Shown here: positions 25,044 to 35,700 of the stretch, in pieces
Layout of the letters: the number at the start of each line of letters is the position of its first letter
How positions within the stretch are numbered: position 1 is the stretch's first letter
Origin: Azolla caroliniana
Lineage: Eukaryota; Plantae; Polypodiophyta
Direction: 5' to 3'
Length of the DNA: 64,000 bases
Assembly (NCBI GenBank): GCA_043228905.1
Contig: JBHGNT010000001.1
Coordinates: forward strand, 16,430,001 to 16,494,000
The notes under the pieces: model-generated
Seen by the model: only the letters and a program-made list of their open reading frames with translations
Told to the model about the DNA's origin: nothing
The model's database searches: none
Program-made: the position numbers and the translations under genes

Positions 25044-28000
25044 ATGGCAGCTGATCATGCATATCTACGCTTTGAGGTAAAGGATGGATGCACAAAGGAT
25101 GTATATGCTAAGGCGAGGGGGCTGGCTAGGTATCTATTCACTCACGAGACAATTGATGTCTATAGTTGTGGTGTATACAATGGCATGCTAGATTTGGATC
25201 CTTTTGCACCCCTTGAAGAACTTACCCAAGGTTTATCCAAATCATTGCATAAAGCAGTCACAAAAGCCTTCCCTCACACAACGGCTAACCCCCCCAAACT
25301 CGGTAGAGTAATACAAAATAGTTGGTATGATGATGAATGTCGTGATACAAGGAGATGCTTGCAATGTGATGTAACTCGGGGCATTTATACACACAACCAA
25401 GTGAGAGCAACCTTCCAACGCCTCGTAAGGAGGAAGAAGAGATTGTATTTGGCTAAATTTGAAGATCATTTGTATCGCTTGTTTCTAGGGCGAGAGAGTA
25501 AAAGAGCATGGAAAATGTTTAATGAGAGGCAACCCACCACACAACTGACCTCACCTTAGGTGTGGCACGAATATGCGAAGGTCCTATATGATATCCCGGG
25601 GCAACCTCCTCTTCCCCACCCAAATGCCTCACGCCCACATGAATCAACCTTCTTTACACCACAAAATGTAAGAAATGCCATTGATAGGCTATAATTTGGG
25701 AAGGCCCAAGATCATGATGGATTGGTGGGTGAACACTTTATCTATGCCCGTGACACCTTGTTCCCATTGCTAGCACACATCTTTAATAGAGCCATGTGCG
25801 GAGGTTTTCCTACTGATGGACTCAGCATACCATTGTGCCAATCCTCAAGAGTGGAGACCCCATGATGCCAAGCAACTATAGGACAATCATGATTGGCCAT
25901 TACTTGGCTAAACTATATGGCTCGATTCTGGAATCAGAATTGAGTATATGGGCAGAGCAAAATGGCTGCCGTTCAATTGGACAGGCAAGCTTTCGGAAGG
26001 GTTTCACAACTTTGGATCACATATTCACCCTCCGGGCCCTTATTGAGGAGGGCAGAGCCCACAATAAGAGGATTTATTGCTGCTTTGTGGATTTTCGAAA
26101 AGCCTTTGACACTGTGCCACGTGCTCGGCTTATGCAGCGGCTAGAGGCCATTGGTGTTCCTATAGACATGCAATGGGGAATCTATGCACTCTATGAATCT
26201 GTTTCAGGAAAAGTGCGGTCTCCCAAGGGCTTGTAAGAGGCGGTGGCTAGCACAATTGGCGTGAAGCAAGGATGCCCACTATCCCCCACACTCTTCGGTC
26301 TCTATATAGATGAGGTATCACAGTACATAGAGAGATTTGGTGGTTCCAGAGCACACCTAGCAGGTATCGCTATATAGATATTACTATATGCTGATGATAT
26401 TATGCTGATTTTTGACTCTCCGGAGGGACTACAAAGACATCTAAATGCCTTAAAACTATTTTGTACGGACAAAGGTTTGTCAATCAACATGAATAAAACT
26501 AAAGTGATGGTGTTTAACACCACCCAAGCATGGGTAACAAGATCAGAACCAGAATTCTTCTTGGGAGAGGAAAAGGTGGAATACACACGCTCCTACACAT
26601 ACCTAGGAGTAACATTTACAGGACCTAGGTTCTCCTTACAGGAGGCCGCTTGTATGTGCACATTTGTAGTTCCAAGAGCCACGGACTAAGCTATGGTTAT
26701 TTCATACACTTGTCACACCAACTCTTCTCTATGGAGTAGAGACATGGGGACCGAGTCTTAACAAGGCAAATCATTGGAAAGATTTAGAGAGACCTTTAGT
26801 GTCAATGATTGCTCGCATGATAAGGAGCAAAGCATCGGTGCCCCAGGATATAATCCGGGCAGAGATGGGAGCAGCACCTATAATAACCGAGGCATTGTTC
26901 CGATCAGTGACATTTATCCAACGTCTTTGGGAGCTCCCTAAACGAAGGTACCCAGTGTTGGCACTTATGTCAGTCATCAAGACAACTGGCTGAAAATGGA
27001 GACACTCATTGTTGGTATGCTGAAATGTAGCAATGGTTCGAGTCACATGGCATGAGTATAAATGCACTACCCCCGTTCCAATATAGCTTGGACTGTCCCC
27101 ATCTCAATATGACCAAAGTGGAAAAGAATAGAGTGATCCGAACTGATATTATTAACTTAGAAAACAAGATAACATGGATCAGCCCCAAAATACCACTTGG
27201 TACAAAGATGGCCCACTATAAGACACACTTCTTACATGCATTGGAGGATGGATTTGTCATAAGGCCACCTTATATGGACATACATCTATCGTATGCGTTG
27301 TGTAGTGTGATAGGGTAGCTGCGAACCTCATCACATCAGCTACAGATTGAGGTGGGCAGATATACACAACTACCTCTAGAAGAGAGAATTTGCCAATTGT
27401 GTCATCAAGGAGTGGAATCTGAAGAACACTATGTTTGTCATTGTAGTGTCTTTTATGAAATCAGAGGGAGATACCATTGCCTCTTTAAACAAGGCTTTGG
27501 CCCACTACGCAAGGTAATGGAATATGAGGACCAAAGATGCCTAAGACTTTTCTTGCTTGAGCTCAAGAGACATCGGGAAAAGTTGTTGAAGAATACAACC
27601 ACACAAGCTCATCCACAAAGAACAATCACAACTTTCTTTAGCTCCATCACTCCTAATACTAGAAGTCAACCCCAGGATACAAAAATGGGATCTAGACCAG
27701 GATATAACAAAGGGGTTACGATTGATCGGGCAATGGCAATTTTCGGTGCTTGTAGGCCCCGGCCCCATGGACCACAACCTCGACACCCTTGTCATCGACA
27801 AATAAAAGCCATTATCTCCCGCCATTGTAGGTGCTTCCCTCGTTTCGGAGACATTTCCATTCTGGATCGACCTATGATAGAGATCTTTCGGAGACAAAAG
27901 CTACAACATACCTAACTTGAGAATCTCGCATGTGCCAAAACCCAGATTCTCTCGTCTCTTTTCTTTTCATCTTATTTACTTTTATATTTACTGTGTAATA

Positions 28001-28124
28001 TTTACTTTATTTTGATTTGTTCTCAAAGACGAGAAAACATTTAAGATGTAATCTCTTATTCGGTCTTATAGGCTATTTTGGCCGCTTAAAAGACGTTAAT
28101 ATATCTTTCTTTCTTTCTTCTTTC
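25044..28124 (+). mobile_element. RTE/RTE-X-like LINE copy 2, 5'-truncated at the end of the endonuclease, with (TCTT)n tail
   Basis: Starts at an (A)DH motif. RT motifs NYRTI, FVDFRKAFDTV, GVKQGCPLSPTLF and YADD. C-terminal Cys/His motif. Tail at 28104-28124. Several stops. Confidence 0.93.
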
Positions 28125-28129
28125 TCTCT

Positions 28130-28219
28130 TTGTCTAATTGAAGCTCCCTTTCTCTCTCTCTTTGTGTGTCTAATGAAGCTCCCTTTCTCTCTCTCTCTCT
28201 GTCTGTCTAATTGAAGCTC

Positions 28220-28259
<40 letters not shown>

Positions 28260-28340
28260 AATGAAACTCCCTTTCTCTCTCTTTCTCTCTGTCTAATTGA
28301 AGCTCCCTTTCTCTCTCCCTCTCTCTCTCTAGTTGAAGCC
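28130..28340. repeat. Minisatellite TCTAATTGAAGCTCCCTTT(CT)n, about six units (two more at 24870-24943)
   Basis: Repeated units directly visible. Confidence 0.85.
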
Positions 28341-28418
28341 TGGACACAATGCTAGAACATGCTCCAAATCTTAATAAACTGTGAAAATACAAAAAAAACT
28401 GTGAATTTACCAATTTCC

Positions 28419-28538
28419 TATTTATATTATTTTGATTTGTTCTCAAAGACGAGAAAACACTCAAGATGTAACCTCTTATTTGGTCTTATAGGCCATTTTG
28501 GCCTCTTAAAAGACGTTAATATATCTTTCTTTCTTTCT
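28419..28538 (+). mobile_element. 3' end and (TCTT)n tail of LINE copy 1
   Basis: Near-identical to the LINE copy 2 3' UTR (28006-28120). Joins seamlessly to 24747 once the TIR element is removed. Confidence 0.85.
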
Positions 28539-28744
28539 AAGCTAGTAAATTCGCCTCTTCCCTTTGTTTGGTGACCATCCTTCTTTCAGTATTTTCCTTC
28601 TATCAGTTGTGTTCTTAGATTGAAGTTTACCTATAGATGCATGTGTACCTTCTGTTTTTGGTCTACCCTATTCCTTAATCCCCTCACCTTGTATCATTGT
28701 TTGGTTAAATCTTAGGAATGGACACCAATGTGCCTCGAGCTTTG

Positions 28745-29185
28745 TTCAAGCTCAAGATGGCCAGACGATGAATGCATTCTTTGATGTGAGTAAAACCTGT
28801 ATCTTATAGTGGGCCATCTTTCTACCAGCTGATATTTTTTGGGCTAATCCATGTTATCTTGTTTTCCAAGTTAATAATATCAGTTCGGATCACTCTATTC
28901 TTTTCCACTTTGGTCATGTTTAGATGGGAACAATCCAAACTATATTCGAATGGGGTTAGTGCATCTAGGTTTATGCCATGTGACTTGAACCATGCTTGTA
29001 TTTTAGCATACCAACAATGTATTCGGTGTTCAGCAAGTTCTTTTGATGACATAAGTACCAACTTTGAGTACCTTTCTTTAGAGAGCTCTCAAAGCCATTG
29101 GATACAGGTCACTAATCAGAATAATGCCTCAATGATTGTGGGGGCTGCTGTCATCTTTGCCTGGATTATATCATGGGGCACAAAG
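28745..29185 (-). mobile_element. Older fragment of the same LINE family, antisense
   Basis: ORF 28822-29061 ([24 protein letters not shown]) is homologous to the copy 1 and 2 proteins. Confidence 0.85.
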
Positions 29186-29195
29186 CAGCAATAAG

Positions 29196-32100
29196 CGTTG
29201 ATTGATTAAAAGCTATAACGGCTAGCCCAACAGCTAGTTAGCTCCAACAGCCAGTTAGCCCAATGGCCAGATCTTGGCCTTTATAAAGAGGAACTTTCAC
29301 CTCATGTAAATATGAGTGATCTCTATATTTTCTCCCTCCTGTTGTGACCTACCAATGTATATTATTGAACAAATGTGCCTTCTCATTTTTCAATTTGGTA
29401 TTAGAGCATAGAGTCGCCCCTCTGCAAAACTCTAGATCCACCCTTCTGCTGGTATGACAACGATTGGAACAACACTGTCCTAGCATCCGAGAGAGGAAAG
29501 GGGGATTTTTCATTTAGGGATGACATTGCTATTTGATTGAGAGGCAACTTGAGAAAAGAAGTTAGAAGAGGAGAGAAAAGATAGGCTAAGTTGAGAAGAT
29601 GGATGAGGTGTTCTCAAAATTGAACGAGGATGAGGTGAAAACATTGGTGAAATACATGAAGCAGGCTGAGATTGTAGGATCTGGAGGTGTGACATGAACA
29701 CAACCACCACCTAAACTTGAACTCCTCCCAGTTGAGTTCAAACTCGATGGACCAGACACGTACTTGAGCTGGTCGTGTCGCATTATAGGTGCCTTGCCAT
29801 GGAGAAGCCTTGACGGCTACCTAACGGGAAAAGAGAAAGAACCTCCTGTCAAAACGAGCAATGAATGGAAAGCATGGAGAGCTACCCACATGTCTTTGTA
29901 CACGTGGCTTCTCAACTCCATGGTTCCATCAATCGCCACAACTGTTGATAGAATTTTAAGTGAAGGAAATTTGGGAGAAATTGCAAAAGATCTATGCTGG
30001 GAGGGGAAATAACATGAGAGTATTTGTGATCGAGCAAGAGATAGATGTCGTCTGGCAAGGAGATAGGATGATTCAGGAATATATCATAGAGCTGGAGCGT
30101 CTATGGGCAGAATATGAGCATTTCTCGCCTGTGACAGTGTGCAATGATCCTCAATGTAAGAGCAAGGAAATTTCTCCTCAAAGAAGAACCATGCAATTTT
30201 TGAAACATCTCAACCTATCGTTTGATCGAAGAAGGGCAGTTCTTCTAGCCAAGGCTGAAATTCCCACACTTGATGAGGCAATTGTGACTATGATACAAGA
30301 GGAGAGTAGAATGAAGTTGCTCTCTGACACTACCAGACTTCCAAGGGTACGATCGGCATAATGGTGTCAAATTCAAGCGGAAGTGAAAAGGACAGTAGAC
30401 CATCTGTAGGAAAACTTTATCCTAGAGCTGTGAAATATGTATTTGTGGGATACTCTCTGCCACACAAAAAGGCTATGTTTGCTGGAGTTCAATGGAGAAG
30501 AGATTATTTGTGAGCATGGATGTTCATTTCAGAGAATCAGAGCCATATTATAAACAAGAGGTAACTTCACCCTTTGATAACTGAATTGAGACAAAAAATA
30601 TGAGGGAAGGAGATAATGGTCAGAGGTTGCTAATTCCTTTGTTGATCCCTACATTAGCTAACAAAAAAGTGAGCGTAGGAGATAAGGAAGAAGGAAAAGA
30701 AGACGAGGAACCTATATGTGTTGGGACTCAAGCTGAGGGGAGGTAAAGATGTATACAAGGAAGAGGAGGCAGAAAGAAGGAAACATGAACATGTCTTCAA
30801 TGCCACTTGTGCCATCAATTCACCTTAGCAGTGAATAAGGATTGGAAATTACATCAATTAGATGTAGAAAATGCATTCCTTCATGGAGAGTTGATGGAGG
30901 AAGTGTACATGGATGTCCCCGCAGGTTTTCGTACAATTCAAACAGTAGGTAAGGTTTGCAGACGAAGGAAGTCACTTTATGGACTAAAGCAATCTCCTCG
31001 AGCCTGGTTCGATAGGTTAAAAAGGGCTATGGTGGGTATGGGATACGAGCAGACGAATGCAGACCATACAGTGTTTTGTCAACAATACAAGGAGCATACT
31101 ACATTACTTGCTGTGTATGTGGATGATATAATTATCATGGGTAACGATGAAGGAAAAACTGCACAACTAAAGGTGAAATTGGGTAAAGAGTTTGACGTGA
31201 AGGATCTAGGATTGCAACGATACTTTCTTGGAATTGAGGTAGCTCGTGGAGCAGATGGAGTTGTTCTATGTCAGCGAAAATATGTATTAGATCTTCTCAC
31301 AGAAACTGGAATGTTGGGTTGTAGGCCCATAGCTTCTCCAATCGACAAAAAGATCAAGCTAACTGAACTTGCAAGAGAGAAAGTTGATCGTGAAAGGTAT
31401 CAAAGATTGGTAGGTCGGCTGATTTATTTGACTCACACCGGTCCAGATATTTCATTTGCAGTAAGTGTGTTAAGTCGCAACATGCATGATCCGAGGAAAG
31501 ATCATATGGATGCAGTGTACCATATTCTGAGATATCTCAAAGGTGCCCCGGGGAAGGGATTGATCTTTAGAAAGCATGGCCATTTTAACATTGAGGACTA
31601 TTGTGATTCTGATTGGGCCAGTTGTGCTGATGATAGGAAATCCACATCAGTATACTGCATGTTTGTTGGGGGCAATCTGGTTTCTTGGAAGAGTAAGAAA
31701 CAGTCAGTAGTAGCAAGCTCAACAGCTGATGCAGAGTATAGAGCTATGTGGAGATGTTATGGCTGAGAACTCTCCTAGTAGAACTAAAGGTGAATCAAGA
31801 AAATCAGATGATGCTGTGGTGTGACAATAAGTCAGCAATCAGCATTGCCAACAATCCGGTACAGTACGATAGGACCAAACACATCGAAATCGACAGATTC
31901 TTTATCAAGGAGAAGCTTGATAATGGAATATTAAAATTGAGTCATGTTTCTACTGAACATCAAGTAGCAGATTGTCTTACAAAGGGACTTGGAACAGTAA
32001 GTCTTACTAGATTGTGTGACAAGATGGGCTTAGTGGAGTGTTGAGAATGATTAAAAGTTATAATGGCTAGCCCAACGGCTAGTTATTTCCAACAGCTAGT

Positions 32101-32237
32101 TAGCCCAACGGCCAGATCTTGGCCTTTATAAAGAGGAACTTTCTCCTCATGTAAATATGAGCGATCTCTGTATTTTCTCCCTCCTGTTGTGACATACCAA
32201 TGTATATTACTGAACAGATGGGCCTTCTCATTTTTCT
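29196..32237 (+). mobile_element. Ty1/copia element E with multiple internal deletions (LTRs ~29196-29392 and 32039-32237)
   Basis: ~200-bp direct-repeat LTRs. PBS TGGTATTAGAGC at 29396-29407. Gag ORFs 29764-30361, RT/RNase H 30807-32044. Protease, most of integrase and the PPT are deleted. Confidence 0.9.
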
Positions 32238-32697
32238 ATTTTAATAAAGTGTATTGTGATGTGGATAGGGATGCATATGTGGAAATTGATGTTCAGGCCA
32301 TATAAAGAATTATACGACATTCATATAATTAATTTTGTAACATAAATAATTATATACATGCATATGTGTACCTATATATGCATGTGATATAATTATTATA
32401 GTTTGACATGAATGTTTTACCAATTTGGATTTTATTTTTTATGAGTGTACTTTTTGCATTAGCGTATGTCATCCTTAGGACTTTAAGGGAAGGTAGAATT
32501 ATCATATGATTTATGAATTCCTGTTTGTTAAATGTTGAATTATTTCAGTGTATTGTATATGTGGATAGGGATGCATAGATATAATTCTACATCTGGCCAA
32601 GTAAAGACATGTTTGCTGCTCCAATCTCAGTTTCAATTAGAAAACCTTGTATTGCTCATGGTACCAAGACAATTTCGCTTGCAGAACAAGTGGATTC

Positions 32698-32767
32698 ATG
32701 GCCAGGGCCAAGCAAAGACCACACAGGTCTAATCCAGCTGCATTGTCGTCCAATGTTGAAACTACAG
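32698..32767 (+). CDS. CENH3: CENH3 coding exon 1 ([23 protein letters not shown])
   Basis: MAR-K start, acceptor TTGCAG ending at 32684, donor AG|GTTTTG, phase 1. Confidence 0.8.
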
Positions 32768-35700
32768 GTTTTGATTCTTTTCTTTTCTCATTTCAAGCCA
32801 TAATAGGCAGTTTTCAAAGAGAAAAAGTTGATGTTGAGACTTCTAGGCATGTATTTAAATGTTATGCTATTTTTATTGCCTTACTATGTATTTTGGTTCT
32901 ATCAGTATGTGCACTATGGTTTTGGCTATAGGTCTTGCCAACATTTAACTGTGTTTTAAAATCATCCATCTTTAGGTAGAAATGGAAGCTTAATTATTTG
33001 GGTTTCAGATTTTTGTCAAATTGCTTTAGTTTCTGATTTCTAACGGAACATCCAAAGTCAAACTTTTTAAAGCTTTAGAAATTATGTAAATGGCAATCAC
33101 TAAATGGCACACTTTCTTTGTTCAGTTTCTTGTGTTGCCGCATTGACAGCTTATTGAAATGTTCATTATTGGTCTTCTACTGATCTTGGACATGTTTGAA
33201 ATGTGTTTAAGATCAATATTTGGCTATCTTTAGCTTTACATGGACGCTTAATTGATTGGGTTTTAGATTGATCAATCCTTTTCCATCCAAAATCCCTAGC
33301 TTGATTAACTCAGTTTTTCAAGATTTAGAAAATTTTAATTAATACACTGATCATTGTCAGATGGGATGGTTTCATTGCATCAATTATTTGTGTTGTCTCA
33401 GTGATGGTTCAATCCTATGATCTTTATTTAATTTTTGGTCAGGAAGTAGCCGGCCCCATTTGAATCGCAGTAATAGTGCGCCACCAACTGCTCCTACAAC
33501 ACCATCCGACAATATTCCTGCTAATCGCCAACGCAAACCTCATCGATTTAGGCCTGGTACAGTGGCTTTAAGAGAAATCAGGCACTACCAAAAGACTGTT
33601 CACTTTCTTATCCATCCCTTACCATTTGCGCGACTGGTGGGTTCTTGTGATTGCAAAACATGGCAGAGATGGATAGAACTTATAGAATGTATGAATCACT
33701 ATTAAACTTTGTCAAAAAAGCACTAATGACTCAACAACTTAAGGTTTCCACATTTCACATATCTAAGTAGTAGTTTGAGTTCTTGCAATATTAAGTAGTT
33801 TTTAGACCTTTACAGGGTGGCTTATACATGTTTTCTTATATGCTACTCAGGTCAGGGAACTAGCTGCCCATTTTTCAGACACAGTGAGCCGATGGACAGC
33901 TGAGGCATTGGTTGCTTTGCAAGAGGTAAAGCCAGCTTGAAAAAACCTATAATTTAGGTTTAGACTTCGAAAAAACTAATGAATACAAGTGTCAGTATCA
34001 AACCTAACATACAGGTCTTTGCCATCTATCTCTAAAACATTTACATTCTGCAGGCTGCTGAGGATCATTTGGTGCATTTGTTTGAGGACACTAATTTATG
34101 TGCTATCCATGCAAAACGTGTCACAATAAGTAAGTCAATCTAGTCTTATTTTGCCCCATGGATCTTCTTTATGCATGTCATGTATGTTTAATAAGAAATC
34201 AGGCATTTGCACAAATGTGAGTTCATGGGAATGCCATTTGAACATACTTAAACACAGATAAATGCAAGTGTTAGAACCAACCTGAACCGTTTATTAATAA
34301 TCCAAACCATTTAATTATTTTGGAACCAATAAATGATTAAACCATGGGTTAACGGTTCGGTTCGGTTTGAGCCGAAACCGGGCCCATAGCTATTGGCGAA
34401 CTACAAAGACATTTATGTCTTATAAGTACTATGCATAGACAAAAGTTCGTCTTTAAACATAGATAAACTAAAGTGATGATCTTTAACATCACATAAGCAT
34501 GGGTAACAAGATCAGAACTACAATACATGGGAGAGGAAAAGGTAGCACACATACGATCCTATATGTACCTAGGAGTAACATAGAACATAGATGAAACTAA
34601 AGTGATGGTCTTTAACATCATGTAAGAGTGGGTAACAAGATCAGAACCAAAATTCCTCTTGGGAGAGGAAAGGTGGCACACACATGATCCTATATGTACC
34701 CAGGAATAACATTCAAAGGGGCTCGTTCTCATTCTGGAAGGTTGTGTGTGGTCGACTTTCTCCTAGATATGCAACTTTTCGCGCTTTTAAAAGAAAATAT
34801 GCACATTTGCAGTTCCAAGAGCCACGAACTAAATTGTGGCTATTTGACACACAGATGCTAAAAATAGGATCAATTCCTTTACAGATCCCTACATCAGCTG
34901 AGAAATAAGTGAGCGTAGGCGGTACGGAAGAAGAAGGATACGAAGACGAGGGGCCTATATGTGTTGGGACTCAAGCTGAGGGGGAGCTATAGGTGTATAC
35001 AAGGAAGAGGAGGCAGAAAGAAGGAAAAATGACCACATCTTCAGTGCCACATGTGCCATCAAGTTCCATGTCCCGACGTACCTCGATTTCTGAAATACCT
35101 ACAGAACTTCCAAACCCAGAAATCACAGGTGATATGATTTCCTCTCCGTCTCCCATAGAGATTAGGAGGACCACTCGTAGTAATGCAGGAGTTCCTCCTG
35201 ATCGTTATGGTTTTCCTCATGATATTGCTCAATTTATCTCTTATTCTAACATATCAGCTACACATAGAGCATTCACTGCATCATTAGACTCTGTCACTTT
35301 ACCCAAGTGTTGGCAGGTTGCTAAAGAAGATCCAAAATGGAAAGCAGCCATGCAAGAAGAACTCAGAGCTCTTGAGAAGAACAAAACTTGGGAGATTGTG
35401 TCACTACCACCAGGAAAGAAGGCGGTTGGGTGCAAATGGGTGTTTACAATAAAATAGACCCTAGAGCAAAAAATAGATGAGACTAAAGGATATAGTCAGA
35501 CATATGGCATTGACTACGATGAGACTTTTGCACCTGTGGCAAAGATGAGCACTGTTAGAACGCTTATTTCCTTAGCATTGAATAAGGATTGGAAATTACA
35601 TCAATTAGATGTAGAAAATGCATTCCTTCATGGAGAGTTGATGGAGGAAGTGTACATGGATGTCCCCCCAAGTTTTGGTACAATTCAAACAATAGGTAAG

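Larger units (their letters stand above)
24748..28418. mobile_element. TIR DNA element (MITE/MULE-like, ~0.5 kb when empty) carrying the U6-LINE insertion
   Basis: ~42-bp TIRs GGAAATTGGTAAATTCACAG... at 24748-24790 and 28376-28418. 8-bp TSD TATTTATA at 24740-24747 and 28419-28426. Internal minisatellite GTCTAATTGAAGCTCCCTTT(CT)n. Confidence 0.85.

Noticed and set aside
28130-28340. CRISPR-like repeat-spacer array
   Set aside because: The spacers are only (CT)n microsatellite, the context is eukaryotic and there are no cas genes.
33460-33705. Canonical histone H3 or an H3 pseudogene fragment
   Set aside because: It splices into a complete ORF with CENH3-diagnostic features, and the ARTKQTARKS tail is absent.
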